Assembly: GCA_012295275.1 (NCBI GenBank)
Contig: CM022672.1
Coordinates: forward strand, 62,001 to 126,000
Direction of reading: 5' to 3'
Length of the DNA stretch: 64,000 nt
From: Chrysomallon squamiferum
Taxonomy: Eukaryota; Animalia; Mollusca
The notes under the pieces are model-generated. The model searched no databases, was not told where the DNA came from, and saw nothing but the letters and a program-made list of their open reading frames with translations. Position numbers and translations under genes: made by a program. Shown piece by piece: positions 27,573 through 40,900 of the stretch (position 1 is the first letter of the stretch; each line of letters opens with the position of its first letter).

Positions 27573-30500
27573 TTACTGGGGCAGCGACAGAAGTGTCTGC
27601 TGACCTTTTGGCAGATACACAATGTTGCGGGAACGTGATAACTGGTAGGCAATGTCCTCTGCAGCTTCAATCTTCCTCAACTCAACAAGTCCCTCCCCTG
27701 TTGCAGCAAACGCCTTTGCCAAGAGAATAGCAGCTGTTGAGTCTCCCTCAGCCATAGTGATTGCAGCTATCTTCTGCTGCTCAGCCTGAAAAACAAACCA
27801 CGTACAAATCTCACAACCATGCTGCATTTTGTGACAGATTAGTTTGTTACAAATATCACAAATCAAAAAAGAACCAAAAGAAATATACAGGGTGTCCCAG
27901 AAGTCACGCACCATGAAGATTTTTATTTAGATACATATGAATAAAAATTTTAATAATAATAATCATAACAAATGCTCAAATTGCTTGCCCTCTGCATTGA
28001 TACATACTTCAATTCTGTTTATAAAACTGTTTTTTACTCTGTTGAGGGTTTCGCTACTAATTTATGTGTATCTAAATAAAAATCTTCATGGTGCGTGACT
28101 TCTGGGACACCTTGTATATACAGTTTACTATGAAAGAATGAAATTAAATTTTATACAAACTATGACTTACTTTTTCAACAACAAATCTTGCTCTTTCTGC
28201 ATCCTGCTGTGCCACCTGTTTCAACTCTACTGCCTCTGTGAATTCACGACCAAATGTCAAGTGGGTCTGAAACAAACAATCAGTTACATGTTTTAATAAG
28301 ACTAACTGAATGTGTGACAGTAACAGAATGAATGTGCAACAAGCATGTTGATTATATGGCATTAAAGAACTCTTACCAGTGAAATGTCATCAAGGATGAG
28401 ACCAAAGTTGATAGCTCGTTCTGTAAGAGCTTCATTGACTTTTTGTGAGACAAGTTCTCTCTGAGTGATTAACTCACTAGCATCAAACTGAGCCTGCAAC
28501 ACATGAAATGTAACACACCACCATGAATTATAACATATGTAACACATCCCCATGAAATGTAACATCTGTAACACATCACCATGAAATGTGACATGTAACA
28601 CATCCCAATGAAATGTAACATCTGTAACATATTACCATGAAATGTAACATCAATAACGTATCTCCATGAAATATAACAGATGCAACATAATGCTGTGAAG
28701 TAAAACATTTGTTACACATTGCTGTCAAAAACTTAACTATAAGAATACTTCCCCATCAGCAAATCTAACCTGGCTATGAGACATTTGGTCAAAGCTGAGG
28801 GGGAAACCATTAGGAATTCAAGCCCTAAAAAATATAGTGTGTCGCATACCTGTATAAATTAAATAATGTGCCTGTCATAAAGCAAATGTACCTGTCACCA
28901 AATATTAAATATTGAATAAAATAATAATAATAATAAAATTAGTACTTTCAAAAACGTTTTGCTATTAATAAGAATAACTCATTACATAACAGATATAAGT
29001 CATTTCATCAGTTTAATGTGCATATTTTAATCAAATATATTTGAAGACCTCTAAAGAGGATAATATAACAAAAAGCACCAAAAGCTTTATGTAACTCTTT
29101 ACAATATGTAACAACAACCAAATAAACCAGTAACTAGACACTGATAACTGTTGAAAATGTAAGAGCAGGAATTTCTAGCCAAAATTATAATACTTACCAC
29201 CACAGCTTTTAGGACCTCGTTAGTGATTGATGGTAATACACGGTCATCATAATCCTGGCCAAGATTTGTGTAAATCTGAGGCAGTTTGTCTGCCATTGGT
29301 CGAAAGAGAATTCTCAAAGTAATGTTCACATTCTGAAGATCTGTAAAGCAAAAACATTAGTATTACAAGATCACAATAAAATAAAAATATAAATACTCTC
29401 AATATTGGGATTTTAGATGTGTGAGAAAAAACAAAATACAAAAATTCAAAGGTCAGTTGTGATCTTTGAGAAAAATACTTGATGTTCAGACACTTTCATG
29501 TTTAACACAAACTAACCTTTACTTCCAGTTACAGATGGGACGTTTCTTGGTCGAGAGCGAATATCAAAGATAATAGGCCGTTGTACCCAAGGTATCAGAA
29601 AATGAGTTCCCTCCCCTGTCACAGTGTCCTGCACACCACGAAATCTGTCAAATATGACAGCTCGGTGCCCTCCATCAACTACAAAGTGAAAAAAATGTTT
29701 ATTTAAACTAATTACTAGCTATAATAATGATCTGCTTTAAATTTTTTAAATCTGAATCTGAATTATATTTTGTCTTCAAATACCAAACAAATAACAATGC
29801 AGAGAAGCATTCAATTGGGTATGGGTAGAAACCCAGATCTGGATTGTCTAGACTATTCTATTCATACTTCTTGTTTTTTACAGTACAGTTAATGGTTACT
29901 TGAGAAATTTTCACTTAGTCCTGATTCTATCACAAGTCACAGAGACATTGTGATTAATCAAGCATAAGTGAACATTTACTAGATATGTGACAAAAGATGA
30001 GAGTGCACTGCTGCAGAAAGTCACCTAATTGTTGTCACATTTTTGCTTACCTTAAAGAGAGTTCCCTCAATCAGATAACTGTTTCATCATTCTTTTTAAA
30101 CATTTTCAAAAACAAATACTATGACATAACATACATATTCAGCTTTATCAATGTTTTAATTTTTTAACGTTTTTTATAAGCAAAGAATCAACAGACAAAT
30201 TTACTGTTTCAGAATGATCACTGCATGTCCAAAGTAAGCTTAATCAAGACTTTAAATCATATACAAATTACAAAATATTATGCATTTATCTTATAGTCTG
30301 CCAAATTTCATAGAAATATTTATGGTACTAGGTATTTAATTTTGTTAATGTGTGGTATTCTCAACAAACAATGCAAATGAAAACAAGATGATTACAGCTG
30401 ATGTCTTATAAGTTTGATGTTTCGTTTACATTAATATATGAAGGACCCGACAAATTATCAGTTTAAAAAAATTAGCTTTTGTATATTGGTTTAATTTCTA

Positions 30501-31247
30501 AGAAGTTTTTGTGAATTAGATAATTAAGACATAAGATATATTTTACTCTTTGAGCAGTATAGTATGATTAATTAATTAAAATTCCTGAGTATTAACAACT
30601 TGCATAAAAATATTGTACAACTTTACTGCTCATACAAACTTTAATTCTGATATATACTACATGTATACTGGATTAAATCTATATGAGACATTTATCTTGC
30701 AAAATTACAGAAATTAATGTTTGTCCGTAGATTATGAAGGAAAAATACCCTCATATTGTAGTCTCTTAAAAATTCTAAATTTGTTTTCATATAAGTGCTA
30801 TGAAGGAGATCTTGGTTCATTTTAACATGATTTTATTATTATTATTATTATTATTATTATAAATACAAAAAAAAAAAAAAATGTTCGTCACATACCTATA
30901 TAACAGTATTAACTAATGAAAACAATAAAATAAAAATATAATAAATAAAATGAACAGCACCCCTATGTGACGATATGTTACCTATGGTAACAGATATCAC
31001 TCATAAATTACAAAATCATAATGAATCAAAAATAATTACAATGCAACAAAATGACCTGCACGTCTACAGGCGTCTATACCGTATATGCTTCAGACTAGTC
31101 TACAGCATACATTAGTAACATTGTATAATAATAACTGTCACAGAAACACAATAACGCACCATTGTAGAGAGCTGTTTGGATAACACCACCTGTAACTGCT
31201 AAGCCTAAGCCAATTTTTCCAAGGGTATTTAGAACGTTTTGTGCCAT
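27573..31247 (-). CDS. PHB1: Prohibitin-1, 6 coding exons, 272 aa
   Basis: Exons 31247-31160 ([29 protein letters not shown]), 29678-29517 ([43 protein letters not shown]), 29340-29198, 28493-28377, 28266-28171 and 27785-27573 (..[26 protein letters not shown]). All introns are GT-AG, phases are consistent, and the total is 819 nt. Confidence 0.97.
27888..28114. mobile_element. Tc1/mariner-superfamily MITE in PHB1 intron 5
   Basis: ~47-bp TIRs (CAGGGTGTCCCAGAAGTCACGCACCATGAAGATTTTTATTTAGATAC) flanked by TA on both sides. An internal minus-strand remnant [19 protein letters not shown] resembles a mariner-type transposase C-terminus. Confidence 0.85.
28501..28710. repeat. Minisatellite (~29-30-bp CATGAAATGTAACATCTGTAACACATCAC) in PHB1 intron 3
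   Basis: About 7 imperfect tandem copies adjoining the exon 4 acceptor. Confidence 0.85.
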
Positions 31248-31566
31248 TTTGTGCTGAAATTAGTCCTTAAAAAAAATGTGATGAAAGAAGCATGTGTAAA
31301 GGAAACCGGAAACGAATGAAGGTCATTAATTTGTTTTACATTACAAATTCTGGAATTATAAATAAAACGGAAATTACATAAATATTAATACATGTACTAA
31401 ATTAAAAAACAATTTAAAAAGACAACAACAAAACAACATAATATAAAAGATAGATAGATAGTGTACAGCTCGGATATTACTTTAAGTCTGTTCACAGTTA
31501 CTGAGTTAGGATATATTTATTAAGTAGTTTTCTTTCAAGGTCTTATTGTAAGATATGACTGTATTG

Positions 31567-31631
<65 letters not shown>

Positions 31632-32477
31632 TATGTGTGTGTGTGTGTGTGAAATCAGCAATTATAATTCTGTCCACATTTACAAAAAATTACGTAGTTC
31701 TAATTCTGTCTGCTTCGGTTTTGTCATTGCATCGTCATTTTCAGTGTAATCTTAACTACTACTACTTCTGTAATAATAATGATAATAATTAGAATCTTAT
31801 GACTAAGTTATGTTGCGTTTCGTTTAGCTGTGTCGTTTACTTTTATATTTAATGCAGGAAATTGCAAGCTACTGCGCAAGCGTACGTTGATGATGTGAAA
31901 ACGTGGTCAAGTTGTGAAATTAACTGCTATCAGTTTTGCACATGCTGCAGCATACCGTGTGTGTAAAATTTACGTTTGCTAATTCGTATTAATTTAATCT
32001 TAGGGTATATGCCGTGTTTGCTTACACTCCTCTTTATTTATACTAATTTTTATATGGTTAAATTGTAACAGCGAAAAGTGTATTTTCTTTTTCTTTTGAA
32101 TTTAAAGACAATACACATATACTGATATAGTGATATACAGTTGAATACTGAATACTCATGATTATACTGAGTACACAACACTGTACTGTGAGCACTGGGT
32201 ATAGATTATTGAATTTATAATTTATAAAGTGTAGGGTCTAGTATCACTGTATCAGTTGTAATTTCCCGATAAATCATGTTTAAGATTAGCATTCCAATTT
32301 TTATGTGCTATGATATCTGGTTATTGTGATATTTAATTTTATATTCCATTTCCATGACAAAATCATTAAAATCTATAAAATTGTAAATCAGATAAATTTC
32401 TAGAAATTGAATCTGAAAGTTCATAAGATACTGTATACTTAGTATATATAATACTATTTATTTTGTTTTACTTGCAG
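31248..32477. promoter_or_regulatory. Probable bidirectional promoter / 5'UTR region between PHB1 and La
   Basis: Divergent start codons 1.26 kb apart. ETS-like CCGGAA at ~31306, CpG-containing TGCGCAAGCGTACG at ~31873, (TA)n at ~31569-31629. An acceptor (cttgcag, 32477) upstream of the La ATG implies a non-coding first exon. Confidence 0.5.
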
Positions 32478-32503
32478 GTAAATTTGTCTTCAGACTTCAG
32501 AAG

Positions 32504-35500
32504 ATGGACAGCATAAATGGAATTGAAAAATGTAAACGGCCAGATTCTGGCACAGACTTGAAAACAGCTGAGAAATCTGCTTCAGGTGAAACTTGCAACA
32601 CCAAAGAGGAGAATAAAGATACACATGAAAAAGTAGAAGACAATGTGAAAACTGAACATGTAAAACTGGAAAATGTTTTCGTACCTCCAGAACTGTGTCG
32701 CAAGATAGTCAGACAATTAGAGGTTTGTATAATAACCAAAAAATAACTTTGAAAAAGATAATTAAGTTTATATATCTTTATCATGAATAAATATGTCTCA
32801 TAAATTTAAAAAAAAAAAAATTGTGCAGAAGTACCATTAAATGTATGTAATTTGAGACTTGTTAAACAGATTGTTATTAATGCCCAGTTCTGACATCCAT
32901 GTAAAAAAATTAAATTGTTTAATTTGAATGTACAAATATGAAAATTTAGAAAAAGATGTACAAATTTATATGTGAATTTGTTATCCAGCATTCACATTTT
33001 AAAATGCAAAATATATTTAAAGACTCTTTCCAGTTTAATTAATATCTTGTTATTACATATTTTTTCATTACTTTTCTAGTACTACTTTGGTGATGTTAAC
33101 CTACCACGAGACAAATTTCTTCAAGATAAAATCAGAGAAGATGAAGGCTGTATCCTTAATTGTATAACATGTTACATTAAACCAGTCAGTCTACAGTCAT
33201 ATTTTAGATTTGTAACAGTATTAAATAAAACAGTTATGATTTGTGGCAACATATCCATTAGCTATTAAAATATAAACAATACACTCAGTATGTTTTTTTA
33301 TAGGAGTATTATGACAGATAATGAAAATAATGTTCAGAGGAAAATTAATATTTTAACCGGTACATAAAAAGTCTTTATTTTTCTTAATGGTACAGGGATA
33401 AAAATCGAAACATTACTAACTTTCAACAGGTTAAAAAAGATGTGTGAACATTTTTCGTGGATTTCATTTGCTGTTAAGAATTCTAAATCAGAAATACTAG
33501 AGGTTTGTGCATTTTATTATATATTTTTTTCAATGTTATTTAAAACTGTAGGTACCAGTTATTATTAAACTTTTGTTACACTGCATGAACATTTTTTCTG
33601 ACAACCTTTTTCTTTTTTAAATAAACTGTAAAATAGATCCAAATAATGAATTATTATTTATTACTTTTTAAATATGAATTGTCATCAAACAAGACTTTAT
33701 TTCGTAGATCAGTGAATGTTTGACAAAGGTGAGACGTTCACCAAGTAAACCGATACCAGAAAACACAAAAGAAAGAAGAACAGATATCGGCAGCCGCACA
33801 GTCTACGTGGTTTGTACTGCATTTTAGTTGTCAGTGTCACAATGTATAGTTATATAAAATAATATTGTTGTTTGTCTGTGTCACTTACAATGTATAGTTA
33901 CATGAAGCAATACTGCTGTTTGTCAGTGTCAGTGTTTAGTTATATAAAGTAATATTGCTCTTTGTGTCAGTCACATTGTATAGTTATATAAAATAATATT
34001 GCTGTTTGTGTCAGTGTCACATTGTATAGTTTTATAAAATAATATTGCTCTTTGTGTCAGTTACACTGTATAATTAAAGTAACATTACTGTTCAGTGTCA
34101 GGAAATATGATTACATAAAATAATATTGGCCTACATTTGAAGAATATATTCTGACACATTTTTTTGTAGAAAGGTTTCCCCCTGGATTGTGAACTGGATG
34201 AAATAGAAGCATTTTTCCAAGCATATGGATCCATAGATTCAGTGTCTATGAGACGCATGCCAAAAGACAAGACATTCAAGGTAATAATTTTTATAAGAAA
34301 TGGTGTAATTAAAAAAACCAAGTACTGTCGACAGTGATTACTACATTATTTTGTTTATTAGTGTTTGGTTGATGCATGTGTATTTGTTTATATTCAGGGT
34401 TCAGTGTTTGTGATATTTTCATCAAAAAATGACACAGAGAAATTTCTCAAGCTTGACGGACTTAAATATAAAGATTCTGATGAATGTGAGCTGAAGAAGA
34501 TGCTAAAGTAAGGTTAACTAAGAGTGATTTTAAGTAGAATGTGTATGAGGATCATGGTCTCTTTTTATTTTTTTTTTTTTATTAGCTATGATAAAAATGC
34601 AAAATGGTATGATATTCTCACTACATTTATAAATGTGTATAAGGGCAACATTATTTGGAAACCTAGCACTGTGTGGTCACTTGTGGGTTAACATGGCTTG
34701 TTTTAGCCAGACTGTATAATTTCCAAGGAGAGCTACTCAATTTTTTGTTTCATTTCGTCTCTTGCATTTAGGAATGTGAGTGCATCAGTGTCATGATTGG
34801 CTTGTTTGTTTACAGGCTGTATTGTCTTCCAATTATTTTCAATTTTTTTTAAGAGAGGATTATTTTGCAATGAAACAGCGAGAAAAAATGGAGTTGAAAA
34901 ACAAGGAAGATTCAAAAACAGACAAGTAAGAATTTGTTTTTCATCAAGTAGTATTGAGACCAGTCATTCAATATATGTAACAGCTTTTATCAGTATAAAA
35001 CCTTGAATATTGACACACAAGTAAAAATATTTGTCATGGGATTGATTCTTTTGATAGCACTATTATTCGTATTGTCATCACATTGAGACACTAGTTTGTA
35101 TATTTAATACTGTATTACAATTTGAAATATTCTCTGCATTGACAATTATATGGAGATTATATATTTTGAAAAGTTTGTATTTTTTAATTTTATACCTTTT
35201 ATAATTGGAAGATGAAATAAATGACTTTTTTTTTAAGTTATGTCAAACTTAAACTTAGCTGACCAATAATTGCTATAATTCTGACTGAATCTGAATGTGT
35301 GACTTAAAGTATTGTACCTCAGAGCCCTATTTAGTAGTTTCCTTGAAATTCAAAGAGGGAGTTGTTTAGGGCATGCAGAATGTTTATGGTTTACCGACCA
35401 TGTTTTAAGTCCATTCATTCTTTAAAAAAAAAATTCTTTTTTTTTTCAGTGACGATAAATTACAAGAAGAGAAACAGGTAACACATTTGTTTGAATACTG

Positions 35501-37397
35501 AGTACATTTGTTGTGAAATACCTGACAGTTGTATAATATGTATACAAAGTTTTGAATTAAGAGGACATGATTTCTGTCAACAGGGGTACAAGTACAACAA
35601 CAAAATGCACAAATGTGTTGTCAGGATCATATGGCATGTCTTGCAACAGTGAGGATCAAAAGTCAGCAGTATTGTCTCCAGTTGAAATGATTGTTATAGC
35701 AGACTGAAGAGATCTGCTTGTTATCACTAAATTAAATTATGCAAGCACTGATTTTGATATTGGGCTAAATGACAAGCTTCATAAACAAGACTACATATAT
35801 CTGAAAAATATATAGCTCTGCAGTGTCTGCTCCAGAATTCTTCATGTAAACAAGCTGTCAGTTGAGCTTGGTCAGTTACTCAATTCATTTTTAGTGTTTA
35901 ACCCTTTGAATGCTGTACTGGTTCCACTATGACCCTAAGCAGTTAAACTAAATTAAGTATACGTACATCAGAAGGCTAATTGAAGTTTCTTGTGTGTCTT
36001 GTGATTGCAACATTAATTATTAGCTATTAAAAGCATTGTTAAGATTTAATAGAGCCATGCTTGTAAATGACTGTTTCAGAAACTGATGAGTCGAATTACA
36101 AAAGGAGCCATTCTTCATCTTGAAGGTCTTCCTAACGACACCACACGTGAAGACATCAAAAATTTCTTTTCTGATTTTTGTCAAGTAGCTTGGGTTGACT
36201 TTGATAAGGGAGACAAGAAGGTAATTAAAATACATATATTTAGCACATCTGTGTTGTTTATTTGCAGATTTCATATTTGTTCTTCAATCATTAACTGATG
36301 CATTAATTGTAGGCTCGGTTACGCTTTGATGAAGAGAATGGTGCCAAATTAGCTGTTGAAAAGGCTCAAGAGGCTAACGATGGTAAAATAGAGATTAACA
36401 ATGCAGAGTTGGTTCCTCGTGTTCTTGAAGGCAAGTACGTTTATAAGTAGCTGTTTGTATATTGATATTTTGCACATACATACACGTATATGGTTACTGT
36501 ACAAACTTTAGTAATTTAGAATGTTTTAGATACATTTGGTTTGTGTAAATACTTTGGAATACTAAAATGTTTGCAGCTCTTTAAAGACATGGTAAACAGT
36601 GAACTGCATTAATTGTTGTAACAGCAGTGATCATTATTCAGGTGAAACCACCAGTCTGGATTTGGAATCCTTTTAAGAACAACACTTGTTTGATATGTAG
36701 CAGATTACTGATATTGTCTATAGATTTTCTATGTTCTAATATTTTGTATGAGTGCAAAGTTTGTAATATTACTAGTAGTTTATTTATAGTTTATGTGAAC
36801 TTTAACAGCGTCTGGATAGTATATATAGTTTATCTATGATTATATTGAACAGAAAAGAGTTTAATTGATGAAGTTTTGTTTCAGGTGATGAAGAGCTTGA
36901 ACACTGGCAAAACATTTTTAGCAAAAAAAATCAAGGTAGAAACAAAAAACGAACACAACCATATAACAAGGGCAAAAGGAAATTTAAACAGGTGAATTTT
37001 AAATTGCAGTATGATTAACGACAATTAAACTTGAATTCCCAGGATTGTCAGACTTAGAATAATATATGTTTAAACTACTTGTGTTAACTGAAATCAGTCA
37101 GTAGTATATATTTTAAATGTTCTAATCTGAAAGCATTTGAGGCATAATACCAGCTGAAAGTAGAAGCAATGAAACAAAAAAAAATAGTAAACATGATGAT
37201 TTTGTAACATATAATCTGTGGTGTAACAACTTTGTTTCTGTTTTTTAGGGAGGTCATGGCAAGAAGTTCCACAGAGGTGAGTAAATGTGCTAATAGGTGT
37301 TTCATACAAGTTTTATTTATCTTAGAAATGATTTTTAATGCTGTTTTATTTTATTTCAGATGGTGAACCCCAAGAGAAACAATCAAAGAAAGACTGA
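32504..37397 (+). CDS. SSB: Lupus La protein homolog (La motif, RRM1, RRM2/xRRM), 13 coding exons, ~416 aa
   Basis: Exons 32504-32722 (..KIVRQLE), 33080-33149 (YYFGDVNLPRDKFL..DEG), 33396-33502 (WIKIETLLTFNRLK), 33708-33809 (KVRRSPSKP..RTVYV), 34170-34280 (KGFP..), 34398-34507 (GSVFVIF), 34854-34925, 35450-35477, 36080-36220 (TTREDIK..VAWVDF), 36313-36430, 36885-36991, 37249-37276 and 37360-37397. Total 1251 nt in frame. AATAAA at 37531. Confidence 0.95.
33150..33395 (+). other. U12-type (minor spliceosome) GT-AG intron in La
   Basis: 5' site GTATCCTT; branch-like TTTTCTTAAT ending ~7 nt before the terminal CAG; no polypyrimidine tract between them. The intron splits the Trp codon of DEG-W. 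Confidence 0.85.
33830..34100. repeat. Minisatellite (~45-55 bp, GTCAGTGTCACATTGTATAGTTATATAAAATAATATTGCTGTTTGT) in La intron 4
   Basis: About 5-6 imperfect tandem copies. Confidence 0.85.
36431..36884 (+). other. GC-AG intron in La
   Basis: Donor AAG|GCAAGT. Only this junction keeps the frame (VLE-G-DEE); the GT 4 nt downstream gives an immediate stop. Confidence 0.8.
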
Positions 37398-38467
37398 CAG
37401 TTTTTTACATTGTTCCATGGATTCATTCACAACTAATCATCATGTTACACTGCATTTTGTAAACATTTTACCACTTCATTTTGTAAATATCTTTATGTAT
37501 GATGTTTTATAAACAAATATTTTACTACTCAATAAATTTAGATTATTTTATCAGAAAATTTCCTTTTTACTGAGTTTTACTAAATAAATTTATTTTATTA
37601 AGAATACAGAGATAAAACAAATTTCAACATGAAAGATATTATTTATGCTGTTTCCTGGGGTTATTATTATTTTAATTCTGTGTACATTAGTTTATTTTGT
37701 TAATTATACACATGCACCTAATTTATGGTGTGTTTTGGAGGGAGTAATAAAATAGATCATTACATTGGTGATGCAGTTATTAGATACACATTGCAGAAAA
37801 CATACTGCAAAGAATCTCCCACTAAATATTTACTTATAATTTAAACCACATTAGAAATATTAAACATTTATTTTTGACATTGTTTTCTAGTGTTTATTAT
37901 TTATGGGTTGAAATTTTGATAAAATATTACAGAAAATTAAAAATAAACATAATCAGTAATTTTTATGAATATGATAGTACGTATATGAAAGCTTTCTATC
38001 AAAAATTTGCAGGTAGGCATTTTGTTTCTAATAGCCGTCCACCTTGGTTTGAACTGAATGTGTTATATACACTGACTGTGTTAGTCATTAATTAAGTGAA
38101 TTATGAAACTGATCACAATCCTTTCAGTAGAACAGTTACAACACAAAACTAATGCACTTCATAGTTTATTTTAAATATTCAAAGGCTTAATAAACATTCA
38201 CTGTTGTAATGATTAACAAACAATTTAATGGCATTAGTTGTCACAAATTTCAGTGTTTTCGTGTTTTCACATATATTAAGGTGTACCACAAGAATCATCT
38301 TTTCACATAACTGGAAACAATGTATCAGAGTTGGGACTCCCAACACAAAAATGCACATTTATTTCTTACAGTATTTCTCAATTCATATCTGTTCAATTAA
38401 GCATCATTTGTGTGAGACAGGCAGAGTCGCTGGTAACCGTTTTCTTGTGTTGAATTTGTCATTTAAA

Positions 38468-38705
38468 TCATTTGTGTGCTGTTGGATTCGTCACTGTGAC
38501 TACCATTTTCTTGTGTATCTTCACGTGCTGGTTGAGTGCGTCACGTCGGGTGCATTTCTTGCCACAGAGCTGACATGTGAAACGTAGAAGACGCTGATGT
38601 ACACATCGAACATGTCTCAGAAGGGTACATCGCTGAGTGAACACTGTTTGGCAAACGCGACATGTGTGACCATTTAGTTGAGATGGTATGTTCATTTCAG
38701 CAGAT
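38468..38705 (-). CDS. Alternative terminal exon ZF-3: C2H2 zinc-finger pair
   Basis: Acceptor TTTATTTTCAG|A (phase 2). Encodes CRVCQTVFTQRCTLLRHVRCVH-QRLLRFT-CQLCGKKCTRRDALNQHVKIH, then a stop. AATAAA (minus) at ~38363. Confidence 0.82.
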
Positions 38706-40044
38706 CTGAAAATAAAATAATATTTAACAGTTATAACCAATTTTTTTTATTTTGCACTAAAGTTGTCAACCAGCAGCCACTTGTATTTCAGAAACAGTAA
38801 TTCAAATGCAATCTGAAGATCATTAATTTTGATTTATGGATTTATTTCTAAAGATATATAAACCCCACAATTCAAAAATGACATATTCATCACTAGTTAC
38901 CTATACAGTATTTGGTTAAATTAGAAATGAAATCGGAATGTTTCTCCTAAATTATTTCCAGTTAAGACTAATTATTTTCACGTATTTCCCACCAAAAAAT
39001 TGCAGTGTGTTCTCAAGTTGTGCTAATTGTAAAATGTAACATGTCTGTCATGTATGTATTTTCTAATCTGAAAGTATTTGCACAACTGGAGGTGTATAAA
39101 AAAAAATGCTGAGCAATGAAATTGTTTGGAAATGTCTAACAAACTTTGATCCAGAAAGCCTTCTCCCCTCCCTCACCCAAGGACAGGGAGAATGGAAAAA
39201 CTGCAGGTTAAATTAGTTGCTTTAATTAAAAACCTTTATCACTGATTTGACTAATTTAGAAATATGACATTAGAATAAAAAGATCTGAAAAAAAGAATCT
39301 GTTTTTGGAGTAGTTATTACCAGAAAAACAAACCATTAATAAAAAGTAAACTGACACTTAGGAGGAGTGGTGGGGTTTTTTAACATACAGTGTTAGTGCT
39401 TAATTATTTGTTTGTTTACCAAATGGATATTTTTTTTTTTTTTTGTAAGACCAATTCATTCTACTTTTTTATTTTTAATACTGAATTAAACTACATACAT
39501 TAGTTTACCAAGAAAAGCTGTAAAAAGAAACAACAAACTAAATAAATAATAATCTAAAAAAAATAACTGATTCTATTTCTTTAAATCATAACAACTTCTA
39601 TACATCTCCAACTGCTTATTATTTATTCAGTGATTTTGTTCTGGAGAAAACAGCTATTTCAAAATTCAGTAAATTGGATTTAGTTAATGTATTAATCTGC
39701 CTGAAGGAGGGTATTAGTGGTTGCTTAATAATATTGTCAGATTAAATACAGAGTTGACAGTCTTAAAAATTTTACTGTTTGTTACTGCTGAAGTTAAAAA
39801 TTACTAACAATCAAATTTTAAATATTTTTATGTTCTTTTAAATTGTTAAGTTTAAGTTGACACTTTTGAAATTAAGAGCATACAATCACAGTTTTACTAC
39901 TAATAATACATAAATATATGGAATAATAATAAAAATGTGTAAACATTTGACTACATGTTGTTTATATGTCTGCATGGTTAGATGGATATAGGTATGTGTT
40001 TGCATGTTGTGTACTTGCTTTAGGTAATCTGTATACGTATGATA

Positions 40045-40283
40045 CAGGTTGACAATCCCTTTCCAGAATTCCAAAATCCAAAACTTTCTGATCATCAGAA
40101 ATAGTATTATGTTACGGTTTTGAGACTGTTTTGGATACACAATTTTATTCAACAAATTATTTAAAAATTATATAAAAAAAATAACCCACTAATGTATAAA
40201 TTGTACTATAAATGAAACCTGTATTCCAAAATCAAAAATACTTCAAGTCCCAAGTGGTTCAGATAAAGGATACTCGGCCAGTG
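40045..40283. mobile_element. Pogo/Tigger-like MITE
   Basis: TA-CAGGTTGACAATCCCTTTCC..AAAATCCAAAA at the left end and CTTCAAGTCCCAAGTGGTTCAGATAAAGGATACTCGGCCAG(TG)-TA at the right. These are degenerate inverted ends resembling, from memory, Tigger4/MER46-type TIRs. Confidence 0.6.
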
Positions 40284-40680
40284 TATGCAACTACATATGT
40301 TCTATATTATTAAGTATGTGGATCTGTGACAAAAGCTCACTCTGAAACACTTCTAATTGCTCTTCAAAAAGGATGTTCTTTAACTTAGTATCTTGTTACT
40401 ATGATCTTATGAATCTATTAATGACAAAGGTATTACTAGTAGAAGACACCACAACTGATGGGCACATAAAAGCAGAACACTTAGTGGGGAAAAAACTTAA
40501 ATATTTATTTGCCCATCAAGTGAATGGTTTTTAACATCATATGCCATGACACCAGTAACAGTAGTCACAAACTACTGCCATGTATCATAATACCAGAAAC
40601 TCTGGTGACAAACTATTGTTGTATGCTGACATTTTTACAGTTACAAGTTTGTTGTTGAGAAGCTTACCAATGTATTGAGA

Positions 40681-40900
40681 TTATTGTCTTTTCACATGAC
40701 GCTTTAGATGTTGACGGAAATAGTCTTTTCTACTAAATGTTCCATTGCAAACAGTGCATCTCAATCGAACAGAACCAAAATGGAAGTTCTGATTGTGTCG
40801 TGTCAAAGCTGATTTATACGTGAATCGTTTGTTACATTGTTGACACCACAGCTTGTCTGATCTGGGCTGTTTGATACCACCTCCACAATGCTGTGGCTTT
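40681..40900 (-). CDS. Alternative terminal exon ZF-2: C2H2 zinc-finger pair
   Basis: Acceptor TTTTTGATTTCAG|A (phase 2). Encodes CQQCNKRFTYKSALTRHNQNFH-FGSVRLR-CTVCNGTFSRKDYFRQHLKRH, then a stop. AATAAA (minus) at ~40509. Confidence 0.82.

Noticed and set aside
34508-37248. Intronic C/D snoRNAs in La
   Set aside because: Scattered TGATGA/CTGA-like motifs lack proper spacing, terminal stems or a recognisable guide.
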